A stretch of DNA of 64,000 nt, from contig NC_042998.1 in assembly GCF_006345805.1 (NCBI RefSeq), positions 112,716,001-112,780,000 of the forward strand. The letters are read 5' to 3'. The notes under the pieces are model-generated. The model had not been told where the DNA came from, searched no databases, and saw only the letters and a program-made list of their open reading frames with translations. Positions within the stretch are counted from its first letter, which is position 1. Every line of letters starts with the position of its first letter. Shown here piece after piece: positions 11,440 through 24,510 of this stretch. A program made the translations under genes and the position numbers. Source of the stretch: Octopus sinensis (Eukaryota).

Positions 11440-11865
11440 AGGCGCAGGAGTGGCTGTGTGGTAAGTAGCTTGCGTACCAACCACATGGTTCTGGGTTCAG
11501 TCCTACTGCGTGACACCTTGGTCAAGTGTCTTCTACTATAGCCTTGGGCCGACCAAAGCCTTGTGAGTGGATTTGGTAGACGGAAACTGAAAGAAGCCCG
11601 TCGTATGTATGTATATACATGTGTGTGTGTATGTGTGTGTATGTGTGTGTATGTGTGTGTGTGTGTGTGTGTGTTTCTTCCACCCAACATCGCATAACAA
11701 CCGATGCTGGTTTGTTTACGTCCCCGTAACTTAGCGGTTCGGCAAAAGAGACCGGTGGAGTAAGTACTAGGCTTACAAAGAATAAGTCCTGGGGGTAGAT
11801 TTGCTCGACTAAAGGCGGTGCTCCAGCATGGCCGCAGTCAAATGACTGAAACAAGTGAAAGAGTA
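11440..11865 (+). mobile_element. Family 1 SINE, full length
   Basis: Same head, core and tail as 5155-5546, with a (GT)n linker. Confidence 0.9.
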
Positions 11866-12325
11866 TCCACAGACCTGTTGTTGTTACAGAAGACTGGCAG
11901 TTGCATACTCATGCATGCAACAGCTGGTTTTCAACTACATGTCTGGTCATGTAAGTGGAGATTTACATGCACATGCATGCAATTTCTTCTGTCCACGCCG
12001 TCAATTATGTCCACGAGAAAGGCCGCTGCTTTTGGGGCGATGCAGCTTGACACCAACATAGTCGCAACTGTTGCTGTCAGAAAACAAAAAAAAATCAAGA
12101 AAACTGTTGATATTTCTTCTTTACCTTCACAATTGCCTGTTAATTCACCCTCTGTTGTAAATTTGTTGACTTCTTTCATTGGTTTGTGTAGTGTAGAGTT
12201 ATGCATAAATTTTTTAATACTATTATTCGTAGTCTAGATATCTTATAGACCAATTCCAAAGGAAGCAGGTGCTCACACCAAAGAATAATCTCCCTTGAAA
12301 ATACCCCCTCCCTACCACAGATGGT

Positions 12326-12435
<110 letters not shown>

Positions 12436-12939
12436 CTCAACTTACGTCGGTAACTTGTTTCCAAGATATGCGACTAGAAAAATGACGTGACACGAAATTA
12501 TTTCAAAATTTAGTAGCTCGTATCTGTTTTAATAAATGGTTTGTAAATATTTTCACATGTATTTTATTCGATTTTCCACTTCAGGTTTGTTATTTAGGTA
12601 TCCCTTTTTACATTCTAATGTTTTTAAATGTGTTCGCTGAGACCGACGTAAAATCGGATAAATCAGCTGAAGTTGAAATATGCCTCTGAGCGTGTGCGTG
12701 TGCGTGTGTGTGTGTGTGTCTGTGTGTGTGTGTTTCCCCTTGTTTGTATCTTCGCTCATATGTTTAATGTATCTGCTTATTACCAGGCCACTTTACACGC
12801 GACTCATGTTGCCATGATCCAAGTGCGTAAAAATGTCGAAAGTCCTCTGCTATCTATACTATGCTACAACTATATGAGCTTTTACACTATCCTTTCCGCT
12901 CTTTCTAACGCTTACAAAGTATTAACTGTTATAGTATCG

Positions 12940-13175
12940 TCTTATTTCTTTACTGCCCACAAGGGGCTACTCACAGAGGGGACAAACAAGGACAGACAAA
13001 CGGATTAAGTCGATTATATCTACCCCAGTGCGTAACTGGTACTTATTTAATCGACCCTGGAAGGATGAAAGGCAAAGTCGACATCGGCGGAATTTGAACT
13101 CAGAACGTAGCAGCAGACGAAACAACGCTAAGCATTTCGCCCGGCATGCTAACGTTTCTGCCAGCCTCTCCGCCT
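12940..13175 (-). mobile_element. Family 2 SINE
   Basis: Long-tail variant (TTTCTTTACTGCCCACAAGGGG...) with the family 2 core. Confidence 0.9.
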
Positions 13176-13179
13176 TTAT

Positions 13180-15560
13180 AGTATCTTCTTTGAGAGTATA
13201 ACTGTTAACACTTTGTAAGTTATGGTCTTCTATAACAGTTAATACTAAGTAAGTTATGTTTCTCTGCTCTTTGAGATTTTGTTTCTTTAGTCGTAAGAAT
13301 TAAGATAAGTTTTCTTCTCGGTGAGAAAGTCAACTGTTGTATCCAGTTCTTTCAGTATTTTGTATATTTTTGCTGGTACTTTGTGCGCCTGTTAAATATC
13401 AAGTCATCCCATAAGTTCTGTCCGAATTTTGAATAAAGGAAACAAGTGATCAAATGTTATATTTAATTGAAATTTAATCATCAATGTACTTTACTTGATT
13501 ACCTATAACTTCCTTCCATCCATTTACAAGCTTTTTAATCCCATCAATGTAAAATTCTTTTGGTTTCAAAGCGAAGAACTCTGAAATGTCGGTTTCGATC
13601 TCCTCCTGGCTTGCGAAAGTATATCCCCCAAATGATTTTGTAAACTACGAAACAAATGGTAGTCTGAAGGAGCAAGGTTAGGAGAATAAGATGGATGAGG
13701 AATTTTTTCCCAACCAAGCTCTTCGATCTTCTGTGATGTGATATTTGCAGTGTGGGGCCGCGCATTGTCCTGATGAAACACCACCCTTTTCGATTCACTA
13801 AAACGGATCTTTTTTTTCTTCAAAGCTTGGTTCAAACGCTCTAATTGCTGACAATAGACTTGTTGGTTCTGCATAACTAAGTTGTGAGCTAGATCTTGAT
13901 AAAAGTGTTTTAATTTGGTATCGAAATGTTTGTTTTGTTCAAATAATTCATCGTCTCTTTCATTACAAAAGATTCCTAGCGACAATCTCTTTTCCAAGCG
14001 TTTTTCATTTCGATTACATTTTTCTCATAAAGAATTCAAAGTGAATTATTCCTTTGCAATCCCACCAGATAGAGAGAAGAACCTTTTTCCCATGAAGTTC
14101 CCTTCTCGGTTGTGGTCAAGCTTTTTCCCTTTTACCAAGCCACTGTTTACGACGTTTAACATTTCGATAGATCCATTTTTCGTCACCAGTCACAAGTCTA
14201 TCCAAAAAGGGTGAAATGAGTTCGCGAGAATGGAGAGAAGAGCAGATGTCAACTCGGGATTTGCGGTTGCTTTCGGACAATTCATGAGGCACCCATTTTC
14301 CAAGTTTAGGAACCTTTCCAAGTTGTTGAAGATGACGATGAACAGTTGTATGGTTTGAACTAAGCTTTATTGCCAATTCTTCAACTGATAATGCAGGATT
14401 TTCTTCAAGTAATACCTCAAGGAGCTTATCATCAAACTCACCTGGACGTCCTGTTCGATCTTCATTTTCAAGGCTGAAATCTCCACTTCTGAATTTTGCA
14501 AACCATCTTCTGCAACTTCTTTCATTTAAGCATTCTTTCCCATTAGCTGAGTGTATGTTTCGAGCCGCTTCGGCTGCAGAGTTTTTTTTGTACTCATAAA
14601 GCATTATGTGCCTCAAATGCTCTTTGGATATTTCCATGTTATAAACGGTTTTAATCAAAGAAACTTTAATTCTATTATTCTGTAAAATAATACTTAATTT
14701 GTTTAAATGTACACAAATGCATAAAAATAATGTTTAATTCCAGTAGACATTCTAAAATACTATTAAAATACATTCAATTTTATAAAAGGTAAAATCGGAC
14801 AGAACTTATGGGATGACCTGATATTTCAACTAAAACTTTGGGATTATATCTTTTCCTGGTGCCTTCTAGTTTTAGATGGAAAGGTTACTGTAGTACCTGG
14901 GTTATCTCTTAAGTTGATATGGTTTCTCACAATGACTCAACTGTTGCGTTTTTGTTTTGTTTTGTTTTTTTTTTTGTTTGTTTTTTTGTTTTTTAACAAT
15001 CTCGTCCACATGGGGATTACTACAATGTCCACACACCGACCCAGCAATCTTCTAGTTATCATTCTGTTGGTTCTGCATAACTAAGTTGTGAGCTAGATCT
15101 TGATAAAAGTGTTTTAATTTGGTATCGAAATGTTTGTTTTGTTCGAATAATTCATCGTCTCTTTCATTACAAAAGATTCCTAGCGACAATCTCTTTTCCA
15201 AGCGATTTTCATTTCGATTACATTTTTTCTCATAAAGAATTGAGAAATCATTTATTTTATTTATTGTGTACGTTTATTTTCCACGATGTTTTTTTTTTTT
15301 TTTTGGCTAGACCTGAAAGAGAAACCGTTTTCTTGGTTAGATCTGAAAGAGAAGCCATTTCCTTCGTTAACACTGCGATAACTATTTATATCATTTCATT
15401 TATCCAGGTTATATTAATTCATTAACTGTTTCCACCTTTAGATCATTTCCATGTTCATAACTTCCATCCTTATAATTTCCTCTTCCTAAATTTTCTTGTC
15501 ATCTTTTATTAGATTTTTCTTTTTCTTTCGCACGTGGGAACCTTCTTCGTGGTTAATATT
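13180..15560 (-). mobile_element. Decayed R4/Dong-clade LINE (pre-RT and RT start), split by a mariner
   Basis: FEQNKHFDTKLKHFYQDL resembles the R4-clade pre-RT motif. RKAPGKDIIPKF*LKY continues across the mariner TA site into LTGAHKV. Confidence 0.6.
13399..14821 (-). mobile_element. Full-length mariner (DD34D) with disrupted transposase
   Basis: 27-bp TIRs TCA(A/G)GTCATCCCATAAGTTCTGTCCGA with TA TSD. Motifs WVPHELS, VTGDEKW, VLLSIWWD, HQDNARPH, HPSYSPNLAPSDYHLFRSL. Confidence 0.97.
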
Positions 15561-15571
15561 CTAAATGTTTT

Positions 15572-15805
15572 AAGGCGGCGAGCTGGCAGAAACGTTAGCA
15601 CGCCGGGCGAAATGCGTAGCCATATTTCGTCTGTCGTTACGTTCCGAATTCAAATTCCGCCGAGGTCGACTTTGCCTTTCATCCTTTCGGGGTCGATAAA
15701 TTAAGTACCAGTTACGCACTGGGGTCGATGTAATCGACTTAATTCCTTTGTCTGTCCTTGTTTGTCCCCTCTGTGTTTAGCCCCTTGTGGGTAGTAAAGA
15801 AATAA
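15572..15805 (+). mobile_element. Family 2 SINE
   Basis: AAGGCGGCGAGCTGGCAGAAACGTTAGC head through GTAGTAAAGAAATA tail. A further copy lies at 16072-16290. Confidence 0.9.
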
Positions 15806-16399
15806 ATATTCTAAGTGTTTTTAGAGTTGTTTTTTGTCTTTGTATTATATATTCTTTTTAAGTGTTATGTGCCTGACATCAATCTGGCTTTAAGAATGTA
15901 TCTTATATAGTCATACGAGATCTAAAGTTACCTTTAGGTCAGGATTATTTTTTCTACCAAATTTTACCACAGTAATGCTTCCTATTGTGTAATTGTTGCT
16001 GCACTATATAGGATAAAAACGTATAATCCTCTCGAATCCATTTACACTTTTTCATATTTGGTTTGTTAAAAAGGCGGTGAGCTGGTAGAATTGTTAGTAC
16101 GCCGGGAAAAAGTGCTTAGCGGCATTTCGTCCGTCTTTACGTTCTGAGTTCAAATTCAGCCGACGTCGACTTCGTCTTTCATTCTTTCGGGATCGATAAA
16201 ATATGAACCATTTAAGCACTAGGGTCGATGTAGTTGGCTTACTCCACCGCCCAAAGTTGCTGGCCTTGTACCAGAATTTGAAACCAATATTTTATTTCTT
16301 ATACATTAAGTGTAATCTGTGTTTTTGTCGTATATCGGGCTAGTTGTTTCGCACGTCTTACTTTGTTCACTTTGTGTACATTAAATTCAAAGTACTCGT

Positions 16400-16821
16400 C
16401 CCTCTTTTAACCTTGAGTTCAAGGCTACGATTATATTTTTATTATTAACAGCAAAGTAGAAAGCTAGCCAAAGCATTAGAGCGTCAGTCAAAATGATATT
16501 TTGACTATTCACCAACCGCACTCCAAATATGTGGCCTTTCATAGGCATTTCTATTATTATCATAAACATTGACAGGCACCGATCTTGTGCGACCAAAATC
16601 AGATTTTATGTTTCTGCTTTTAGTCCAGAGCTTCTGAACCATTGTTGGAATCTCGCAGAGTTTGACCATTACGAGTTTTCCTCTTCGATTTCATTTTGGA
16701 AATTTGTTTCGATTTCGTTGGGGTTTTTTATAATTTTTTCTCCTGCTAACTCTTAATCTGAATCCTTCGTGACAGTACAGTCACCTGTTTTTTGTTTTTA
16801 CTTATTGATATTTATACATTA

Positions 16822-16916
<95 letters not shown>

Positions 16917-16960
16917 GTATATATATATCAATAAGTAAAAACAGGTGACTGTACTGTATA

Positions 16961-17026
<66 letters not shown>

Positions 17027-17058
17027 GGGAATAAATCCAAACTTTTGTCTCTAATTTA

Positions 17059-17113
<55 letters not shown>

Positions 17114-17620
17114 GTCGAGAAAATAATTTTCCTCGTTCCCTTTTGTTGCAACCAGTTTCCCTTTGTCTGCTTCCATTTATCTAGAATTATTAGCTTTATT
17201 TTGTTGTTGTTCCTTTTTATATAAATGTATATCAACCTCCGCCCTCTCTGCCAACCGGATTGATATAAGTTTGTCTAGTCTTTTTACTTGTCTAAGCTCC
17301 TCATTTGACTTAGCTTCTAATTTATGCTAAACCTGCAGGTTTTTACTGTGGTTACCAATGTATTTACACCTATGATCGTGTAAAAACTCGTTGAGTTCAG
17401 TTTTCAATTAATCTAACTCTTTTTTTATATTATTTTTTAATTTGCCTAGCTCTTAAGTAGTTGCATAAGTGATTCTTGTTATAATTCTGATTTCAGTTAC
17501 TGAATCCAATCTAGTATTCTTACATTTACTTAATGTCCCCCATCTTACAGTAGTTTGGGCTCCTTTGCCCTATAATTTTCATCCCCATAATTTGCCCGAC
17601 GGATATTGTCACTTTTAAAT
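16400..17620 (-). mobile_element. Decayed R4/Dong-clade LINE (RT C-terminus to zinc-knuckle region), interrupted by (TA)n
   Basis: YKKRVRLI-KTELN..IIGVNTL, REGG, and SQQWFRSSGLKAET.NLILVAQD, in minus-strand order. Confidence 0.6.
16815..17110. repeat. Three (TA)n tracts with short spacers
   Basis: Direct reading. Confidence 0.95.
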
Positions 17621-18199
17621 TGTTTTAAGTCATACATATAAAAGAAATTATTTATAATATGTCTTTTGCTTTAATAACTATTCATAGTTTCATCTAGCAA
17701 ATTTGAAACAAAAGTCAGAGTTATGCAGAAGAGTAGAAGAGAAAATGAGTCTTCCAGATAGATTCTGCTTCTTAAGAAGGGTTGACTTTAATACCATAGT
17801 TACCTTACAAGTGATATGGTAATTTTATACCTTGCCAAAGCATGGGTGATGATATACTGTATCGTTATTATTTCGACTGGAACTTCATTATTTACATGTG
17901 TCTTTAATGTGTGGTAGGCATCAAACACTGAAAGTAGTGCCCCAGTGTTATCGCAGTTCAATGATTGAAAACGTTTACAGGGGAAAAAAAGCTAATTTAC
18001 GGTGTTATGTTAGTTATTGATTTGTTGATTTTTCATGATCGATTGGTTAGTTTTTGACTGATATACTAAATTACTTGATCGTTTTTGTTTATTGGAATAT
18101 TTCCCCTGTTATCTTTCAGTAGCGCGTGAATGTCATTCATTCTGTTGATCCTTTCTTTACACATTTAAAGATTTCCATCAGGAAGCAACGAAGGGGCAA

Positions 18200-18450
18200 C
18201 TACAAAATTGCTCGATCAGCCAGAAAACCCACACCACACTCCCCCTCGTAATATGTGACATTTTACCAATAAATGAAATAGCAGCCACATCTCCTTTAGA
18301 TTATCACTATACCCTCTTGAAAAGGAAGAGATATATTAGATAAGGAAGTCCAAGATAGAGAATGCTAAACAAAAGGACAGGATGATCATGGCTGGAACGC
18401 CTATAACCATAGTTCTTTTCAGTCAGCATTGATCTAGAGTTATACAACAA
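18200..18450 (+). repeat. Family 4 repeat with (AAC)n tail (unclassified, SINE-like)
   Basis: GGATGATCATGGCTGGAACGCC...CTAGAGTTATACAACAAC. Related pieces lie at about 2120-2300, 19660-19810, 35160-35230, 36620-36790, 40320-40480, 41900-42070, 56480-56530 and 57235-57390. Confidence 0.55.
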
Positions 18451-18766
18451 CATTAATAGTTACTTGTATCTCCTATTGTTAAACTTCTGGGTGATCACTT
18501 GTCTTTAAATGGCCGTCAAAGAGGTATCAGTTTAAATTAAGCAAGACGCAGTTTGGGTTGGTGGTGGGATAGCAAAATCGATAAGGCAACCTGCAGTATT
18601 TAATTCCGATCTTCAAACCTTACAATGTCGACTTTTCTTTTCAGTCCTTGGAGTACCAATGAAGTATTGCCTCTATCGATTGAATCCACAGTAGATGTCT
18701 CTTTGGACTTTAGCCAATGTGCTGTCTTGTTGACTGTTTTATAAACTATTTCTATTGACTGATGTC

Positions 18767-18848
<82 letters not shown>

Positions 18849-18895
18849 GGTGGTGGTGGTAGTGCTGGTGCTGGTGCTGGTGGAGGTGCTGGATG
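18767..18895. repeat. (GTA)n(GTG)n microsatellite
   Basis: Direct reading. A similar (GGT)n(GCT)n tract is at about 19579-19655. Confidence 0.95.
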
Positions 18896-20041
18896 CTGGT
18901 TTTATGTCCTTTATTTCTAGTAGTTCATGCCCTTAAGTAATGATATTGATTCACTGAATTGTTTACCCTCCCTTGCAGGTTTGGGCTTCAGTGTCACTTA
19001 GATAGGTACAACTGCTATATATTTCCATTCCTGCCATGGTCATCTTTTATTTAGACGGTAGAGTGGGACTTGAAGGAATTTAGCTACTATTTCTAGCAGA
19101 TCGTGTTTTGTTCTTTTTTTTTCTGAATTGTACTGGAATTGTCGATTTAATCCACACAACACCCCACCCCGTAATATGTGGCATTTTACCAATATAAGAA
19201 TATATCATTAACATTAATGTCCTTTGACTTGGCACAATTGTTGTATTTATTCCAAGAGTCGTCCGGGTTTATGAGGAGAAGAGAATGTGATTGTATGATC
19301 TTTGTACAATAGTTACTTTGATAAAAGTCATTAGCAGCGTAAGTGAAGTGAGCTAGTTTGGAATGGGAATTGACAGCACGACCATGTTGTCATATTCATT
19401 TAGTTATCCAATCTGCAGAGGGAAGCTATATATGATGTAGAGAGGAACCGAAGTTGTTCGTGATGTACAATCAGTATTTATTAGTAAGTATTTACATCCA
19501 ATAACACTGTTTTGACCAAATGAAGCAATGATATTATGGCGTGGACGGTTCTTTATGCCTGCCAGTTTTTCTTGTTCGTGGTGGTGGTGGTGGTGGTGGT
19601 GGTGGTGGTGGTGGTGGTGGTGGTGGTGGTGGTGCTGCTGCTGCTGCTGCTGCTGGTGAAGTAGACCTATGATAAAGATATTTCAACCATGACCATTCTA
19701 TCTATTATTTCAGACAGTCTATATCCAAAACTACATGAGCCGATATGTTCTTTTCTTTTTAAAAGAAGGCAGAGGTGTAATTTGAAAAGGATAAGGCTGT
19801 TATTCTTAGAAAGTCAAGCTACTACGTAAGGGACCGCTTTACAGCTCATTATTTTCTATATGTAGTGGATTCTACGTCGGTATCGACAATGAGCTTTCAG
19901 CTGTTCCAGCAACAAAATTTCTACTCCTGAAATTGACGTGTAAGTGACTAATATTCCACAGATATGTATGTACATGCTTAACATAATTCTCAGGTCGAAT
20001 TAGCATAATATATCAAATAATAATAATAATAAAATGATTTC

Positions 20042-20200
20042 TTAAGCATTCTCTAGAACAACACTATGTACAAAACCAAATATATGGCAACCTATGCATA
20101 ACATCAACATGAACATCCAACTTGATGTCTCTTGAGGTCTCTGAGTGAGACTTGGAGCCAACTTGTACAAATGTAAAGCAAAAGTCAAACATAAAGTAAT
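20042..20200 (+). mobile_element. Probable R4/Dong-type 3' UTR fragment (array unit a)
   Basis: Flanked by TAA repeats on both sides and ends GTAAAGCAAAAGTCAAACATAAAG(TAA)n. The family assignment is from recall of similar tails. Confidence 0.5.
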
Positions 20201-20204
20201 AATA

Positions 20205-20488
20205 ATAAATGTGGGAAATACGAAGGTTGTGGTCATTGAAGAGAATAGACGTGATACCAATAGTAATTGGTGCACTTGGAAGTATCAGCATTCAACTACC
20301 AGCATGGCTGAAAAAGATCGGTGCAAGTGTGAAGGTAGAACACCTACAAAAATCAGCATTGCTTGGAATTGCAAGAATTCTTCGCGGAGTTCTTGAAGTA
20401 TGTCCAGTAAACAAATGTCACCTTAGTCTGATGGCTGTAGACAGCTGACACTTTCCATTACACCCAGCAAAATAAACTGTGAGTTTTA

Positions 20489-20490
<2 letters not shown>
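20205..20490 (+). mobile_element. R4/Dong-clade LINE 3' end (RLE domain C-terminus), unit b
   Basis: WEIRRLWSLKRIDVIPIVIGALGSI...LQKSALLGIARILRGVLE, a short 3' UTR, then (TAA)n. Confidence 0.9.
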
Positions 20491-20545
<55 letters not shown>

Positions 20546-20569
20546 TGATGATGATGATGATGATGATGA

Positions 20570-21386
20570 AGCAAAGATGTTAAGATACGACCAAAGAATG
20601 AAGAGATACTAGTAGAATAGGTTATTCAGAGTAAATCAGAAGAGATTCTACAAAGAAATAAATGGAGAGTGTACAGATGAAAAGTTGATACCAGATAACA
20701 TTGAAAGTCAAAGGTTTTAGAGTGGCGTCTGGAGCAAAGACAAGGAACACAAGAAGGATGCTGAATGGTTGCAAGAACTGACACAAACAGTAGTTTGTCC
20801 AAAAAAGGCATAACTAGTAATTTCAGTTAGGGAAGTGAGGGAATTCAACAAAAAAATGGGAAATTGAGAGGCCCCGGGACCAAATGGAGTTCAAGGCTAC
20901 TGGAGCAAAAGATTTGGTGAATGTCATGCACGAATAGCTGCACAACTCAACACCTTCTTAAATGTTGACCAAGTAACACCAGACTGACAGAGTAATAGAA
21001 GCTAGAAGGCCTGATTTAGCAATAGGAGATAAAGACAATGGAAGGTGCTAGATAATTGATTTCACTGTCCTAAATGATGAGTACATCAATATGAGAGGTT
21101 TAGAGAAAATAAAGTATCAGGACCTATCCATTGAATTACGGACACTATAGAAAGTGCAGGTAAAATGTGTCCCAGTAGTTATAGGTGCATTAGGAACTGT
21201 CCCTAAAGATTTTGAACAGATGGATAGAGGAAACAGGCATAAAACCCAGTTTAGTACAGCTCCAGAAAACTTTGTTATTAAGGACAGATAGGATTCTTAG
21301 GAGGGTTCTTGACATCTAAGTTTACTTGTTGTAGCCTGATGTAAGGAATTTTTCTTCCCCAACAGTCTAATCTGTTGTACGTAAGG
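20570..21386 (+). mobile_element. Internally deleted R4/Dong-clade LINE, unit c
   Basis: NRLFRVNQKRFYKEING...APGPNGVQGYW is joined directly to IEARRPDL...IID...KYQDLSIEL..VPVVIGALGTVPK...ILRRVLDI*. Followed by (TAA)n(AAG)n(AAC)n. Confidence 0.9.
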
Positions 21387-21486
<100 letters not shown>

Positions 21487-21564
21487 AAGAAGAAGAAGAA
21501 GAAGAAGAAGAAGAAGAAGAACAACAACAACAACAACAACAACAACAATAATAACAATAATAAT

Positions 21565-22665
21565 AAGGCGGAGTACTTGCGCAGACTGAGACTGATCCTT
21601 AAGTCGAAATTAAACGGACGGAATAAGATTGAAGCTATCAACACCTGGGTGGTTTCACTCCTTAGATATGGAGCAGGGGTAATCGCCTAGACAATAGATT
21701 AACTAAGCAGCTTAGACAGAAAGACAAGAAAGTTGCTGACTAGATATGGGACACTCCACCCAAAATGTGGCACGGACAGACTGTATTTACCAAGGAAAAG
21801 AGCGGGAAGAGGACTTATTGGATGCGAACACAGCATTAGAGCAGAAGAAAACAACGTAGCATGGTATGTAAAAAAGGCCATAGAACTGCAATTATTAGAA
21901 GTAAGAAGGTTAGGCCAGTGTAGGATGAAAGATTGCAAAGATAAAGAACTGTACAAGCAATTGAAAACAAATGAAACTGAAAATAGGTGGATTAAGAAAA
22001 GAATGCATGGACAATTTCATAGGGATGTTGAAGATAAGACAGACAGAGAAAAAAGATGGCTGTGGATGACTAAAAGTGATTTAAAACCGGAAACGGAGGC
22101 TCTAATCTGAGCTGCCCAAGAGCAAGCATTAAGAACAAACTATATAAACTACAGAATAGACAACACATCAGAAAGTGATAAGTGCAGAATCTGTGGACAA
22201 AATGGTGAAACAGTATTGCATATTACCAGCCAATGCATACCACTAGCCCAGAAGGAATATAAGAGACGCCACGACAATATAGAAAGGCTTGTCCATTAGA
22301 CACTTTGCAACAAGTATTGACTTGACAAAGCAGACAATTGGTACGACCACAAAACCGAAAGCATTATCGAAAATAAAAATGCAACGATCCTGTGGGATTT
22401 TATGATTCAGTGCAACCATGAGATTGAGAAAAGGCAGCCAGACATAGTCTTGAGAAAGGAAGCAAACTATGCTAGATCATAAATATAGCATGCCCAGCTG
22501 ACAAGGTATGTGATAAGGAAGAAAGAAAAGTCGATAGATATAACAGGTTAGCTTAGGAGGTTAAGCAGTTGTGGTCGATGAAAAAGGAGGTAGTAGTACC
22601 AATAATTGTCGGAGCCCTGGAAACAGTGAATGAAATCTTAAGAAGTACATGGAATAAATAGAGTG
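21565..22665 (+). mobile_element. 5'-truncated R4/Dong-clade LINE, unit d
   Basis: EYLRRLRLILKSKLNGRNKIEAINTW, LHPKCGTDRLYLPRKRAGRGLI, LKPETEALI*AAQEQAL, a CCHC knuckle CRICGQNGETVLHITSQC, and ILWDFMIQ...QPDIV. Confidence 0.92.
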
Positions 22666-22667
22666 CA

Positions 22668-22825
22668 ATATATCGACCCCAGTGTGTAGCTGGTACTTAA
22701 TTTATCGACCCCGAAAGGATGAAAGACAAAGTTGACTTCGGCGGAATTTGAACTCAGAACTACGCATTTCGCCCGGCGTGCTAACGTTTCTGCCAGCTCG
22801 CCACGTGCTAACGATTCTGCCAGAG
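22668..22825 (-). mobile_element. Family 2 SINE fragment interrupting unit d
   Basis: Core ATCGACCCCGAAAGGATGAAAG. Confidence 0.85.
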
Positions 22826-24179
22826 ATGAGATTACATTAGGAAGGGCGGAAGGAGATACAAGTATAACTTACTCAGCTTATTAGTTCGAAACAATGTGAA
22901 TTATTTAAGTAGAGATAGAACAGACATAGAGAGGAACTAGTATGTCGGTATGATAGTTAATTTTAGCTATGGTCTCCGAGAGAAATTTGGCGAGGCAAAA
23001 CAAGACTGCTTTCGGATAATGGAAGAGTGCTCCTCTCAGAATTAAAGTGTTTTTCTTTTTTTTTCTTTTAGGGAGATAGTTACAGACCTATGCTTGATTC
23101 TCCAGGCTCCAGATAGATGTATAGGTTGAACCCCTACTCCTGTAGTCCCTGATTGTAGAATACTGGAGAACGAAGTTTTTCGAGGAGGAAGTAGAAACCA
23201 CAGAAAATATATCAGTCAAGAGCCAAAACAACTTGCGTACTCCATTCATTGAAAGTGCTTCTATAACCTACTGCTGAAACGTAGTGCATATATAAACCAA
23301 TAAAATTAGGTTCTTAATTATTCTATTCCTTGCTTGTTGTCATATTTTGAATCTGGCAATGTTTGAATGAATAGAATACATTTTACTGTCGTAAAATATG
23401 ACTCACTTTTTTAAAGCTGAACTTATGATATAGTGCCTGTTCTCATTACTTAAAATGTTTCCCTTGTGTGCATTGGAAGAAATATCGTTTGTCTATGATC
23501 TAAATAGGAAAAGCCTTTATGTTGTTTTGTGATTTCGCTTTTTGTATGATTTCCATAGTTAATTCCAGCAAATCGTTTCCGGTGATGTCTTGTTGTATGG
23601 TGTGACCACAGATGTATTTTTACAAATCGATTTTTTGCCACTGAGACATTATTTTCGTTATTTTACTTTTTTCTTTTTTTTTTTAGTTGTCTGATTATTT
23701 TTTTGTATTTCTTCTCCATGCGGTATTGGAGTGTTGTGTCCAATTTTTATTAATTTAGTTCTTTTGTTTGTATAGCTTAGGATTTCATCGAATCCTCTTG
23801 GTAGAATTTATACTCGCATATATTTAATTAGTTTGTTGTATGTGCAGTGAGTTTCATTAATGCGTGAGTGGGTTGAAATAATAGATGGAATAGCTAAGGA
23901 AAACTGTGACACTGTCTTGCTACAAAACTTTTCTAGATTTATTTGAAAAACAATAACCTGTATCCGAATTTTTGTAATTTGTGCCGTTTGAAAATTCGAT
24001 CTACTGACAATAATAGCTTTGGGAGAGGGTGTAAGTCTATTACAAAGACCCCAGTACTCAACTGGTACTTATTTTATCGACCCCGAAAGGATGAAAGGCA
24101 AAGCCAACCGCGGCGGAATTGGAACAAAAATTGGGAAGCAAGTTGTAGATTCGGTTCCACTACACACCCCAAACAGGCT

Positions 24180-24510
24180 AAAGGCCCCCTTCAGTCATCG
24201 ATGACCATGGGATTGCACCTAGAAAATTCCTCTCCGAGGCACAAAGCCGAGCAAGATTGTTTATGGAAGACCAGTAGTTGCCCATGCATACCAGCCTCCC
24301 CTCACCACGCCACCGATGTTTTCCAAAGGGAAGACAAAGACTTGGCACCAGTGACGTAGCAGCTCATTTATGGAGCTAAGTAAACTGGAGCAACATGAAA
24401 TAAAGTGTCTTGCTCAAAAACACAACACACAGCCAGTCAAGGAATCGAACTCACAACCTCGTGATTGTAAGCCCGACGCTCTAACCAGTGAACCATGCAC
24501 CTTCACCACG
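24180..24510 (-). mobile_element. Family 3-related SINE with an RTE-like 3' tail
   Basis: The reverse complement has a tRNA head (GGTTAGAGCGTCGGGCTTACAATCACGAGGTTGTGAGTTCGATTCC), a CORE-like body and tail AGGTGCAATCCCATGGTCATCGATGACTGAAGGGGG. Confidence 0.75.

Noticed and set aside
13566-13997. 143-aa ORF as a novel chimeric protein
   Set aside because: It is an accidental in-frame fusion of the captured LINE fragment with the mariner C-terminus, starting at a non-ATG codon and frameshifting before the end.
23040-23120. Polypyrimidine tract plus AG resembling a splice acceptor
   Set aside because: All three frames hit stops within about 60 bp and there is no convincing donor or homology.
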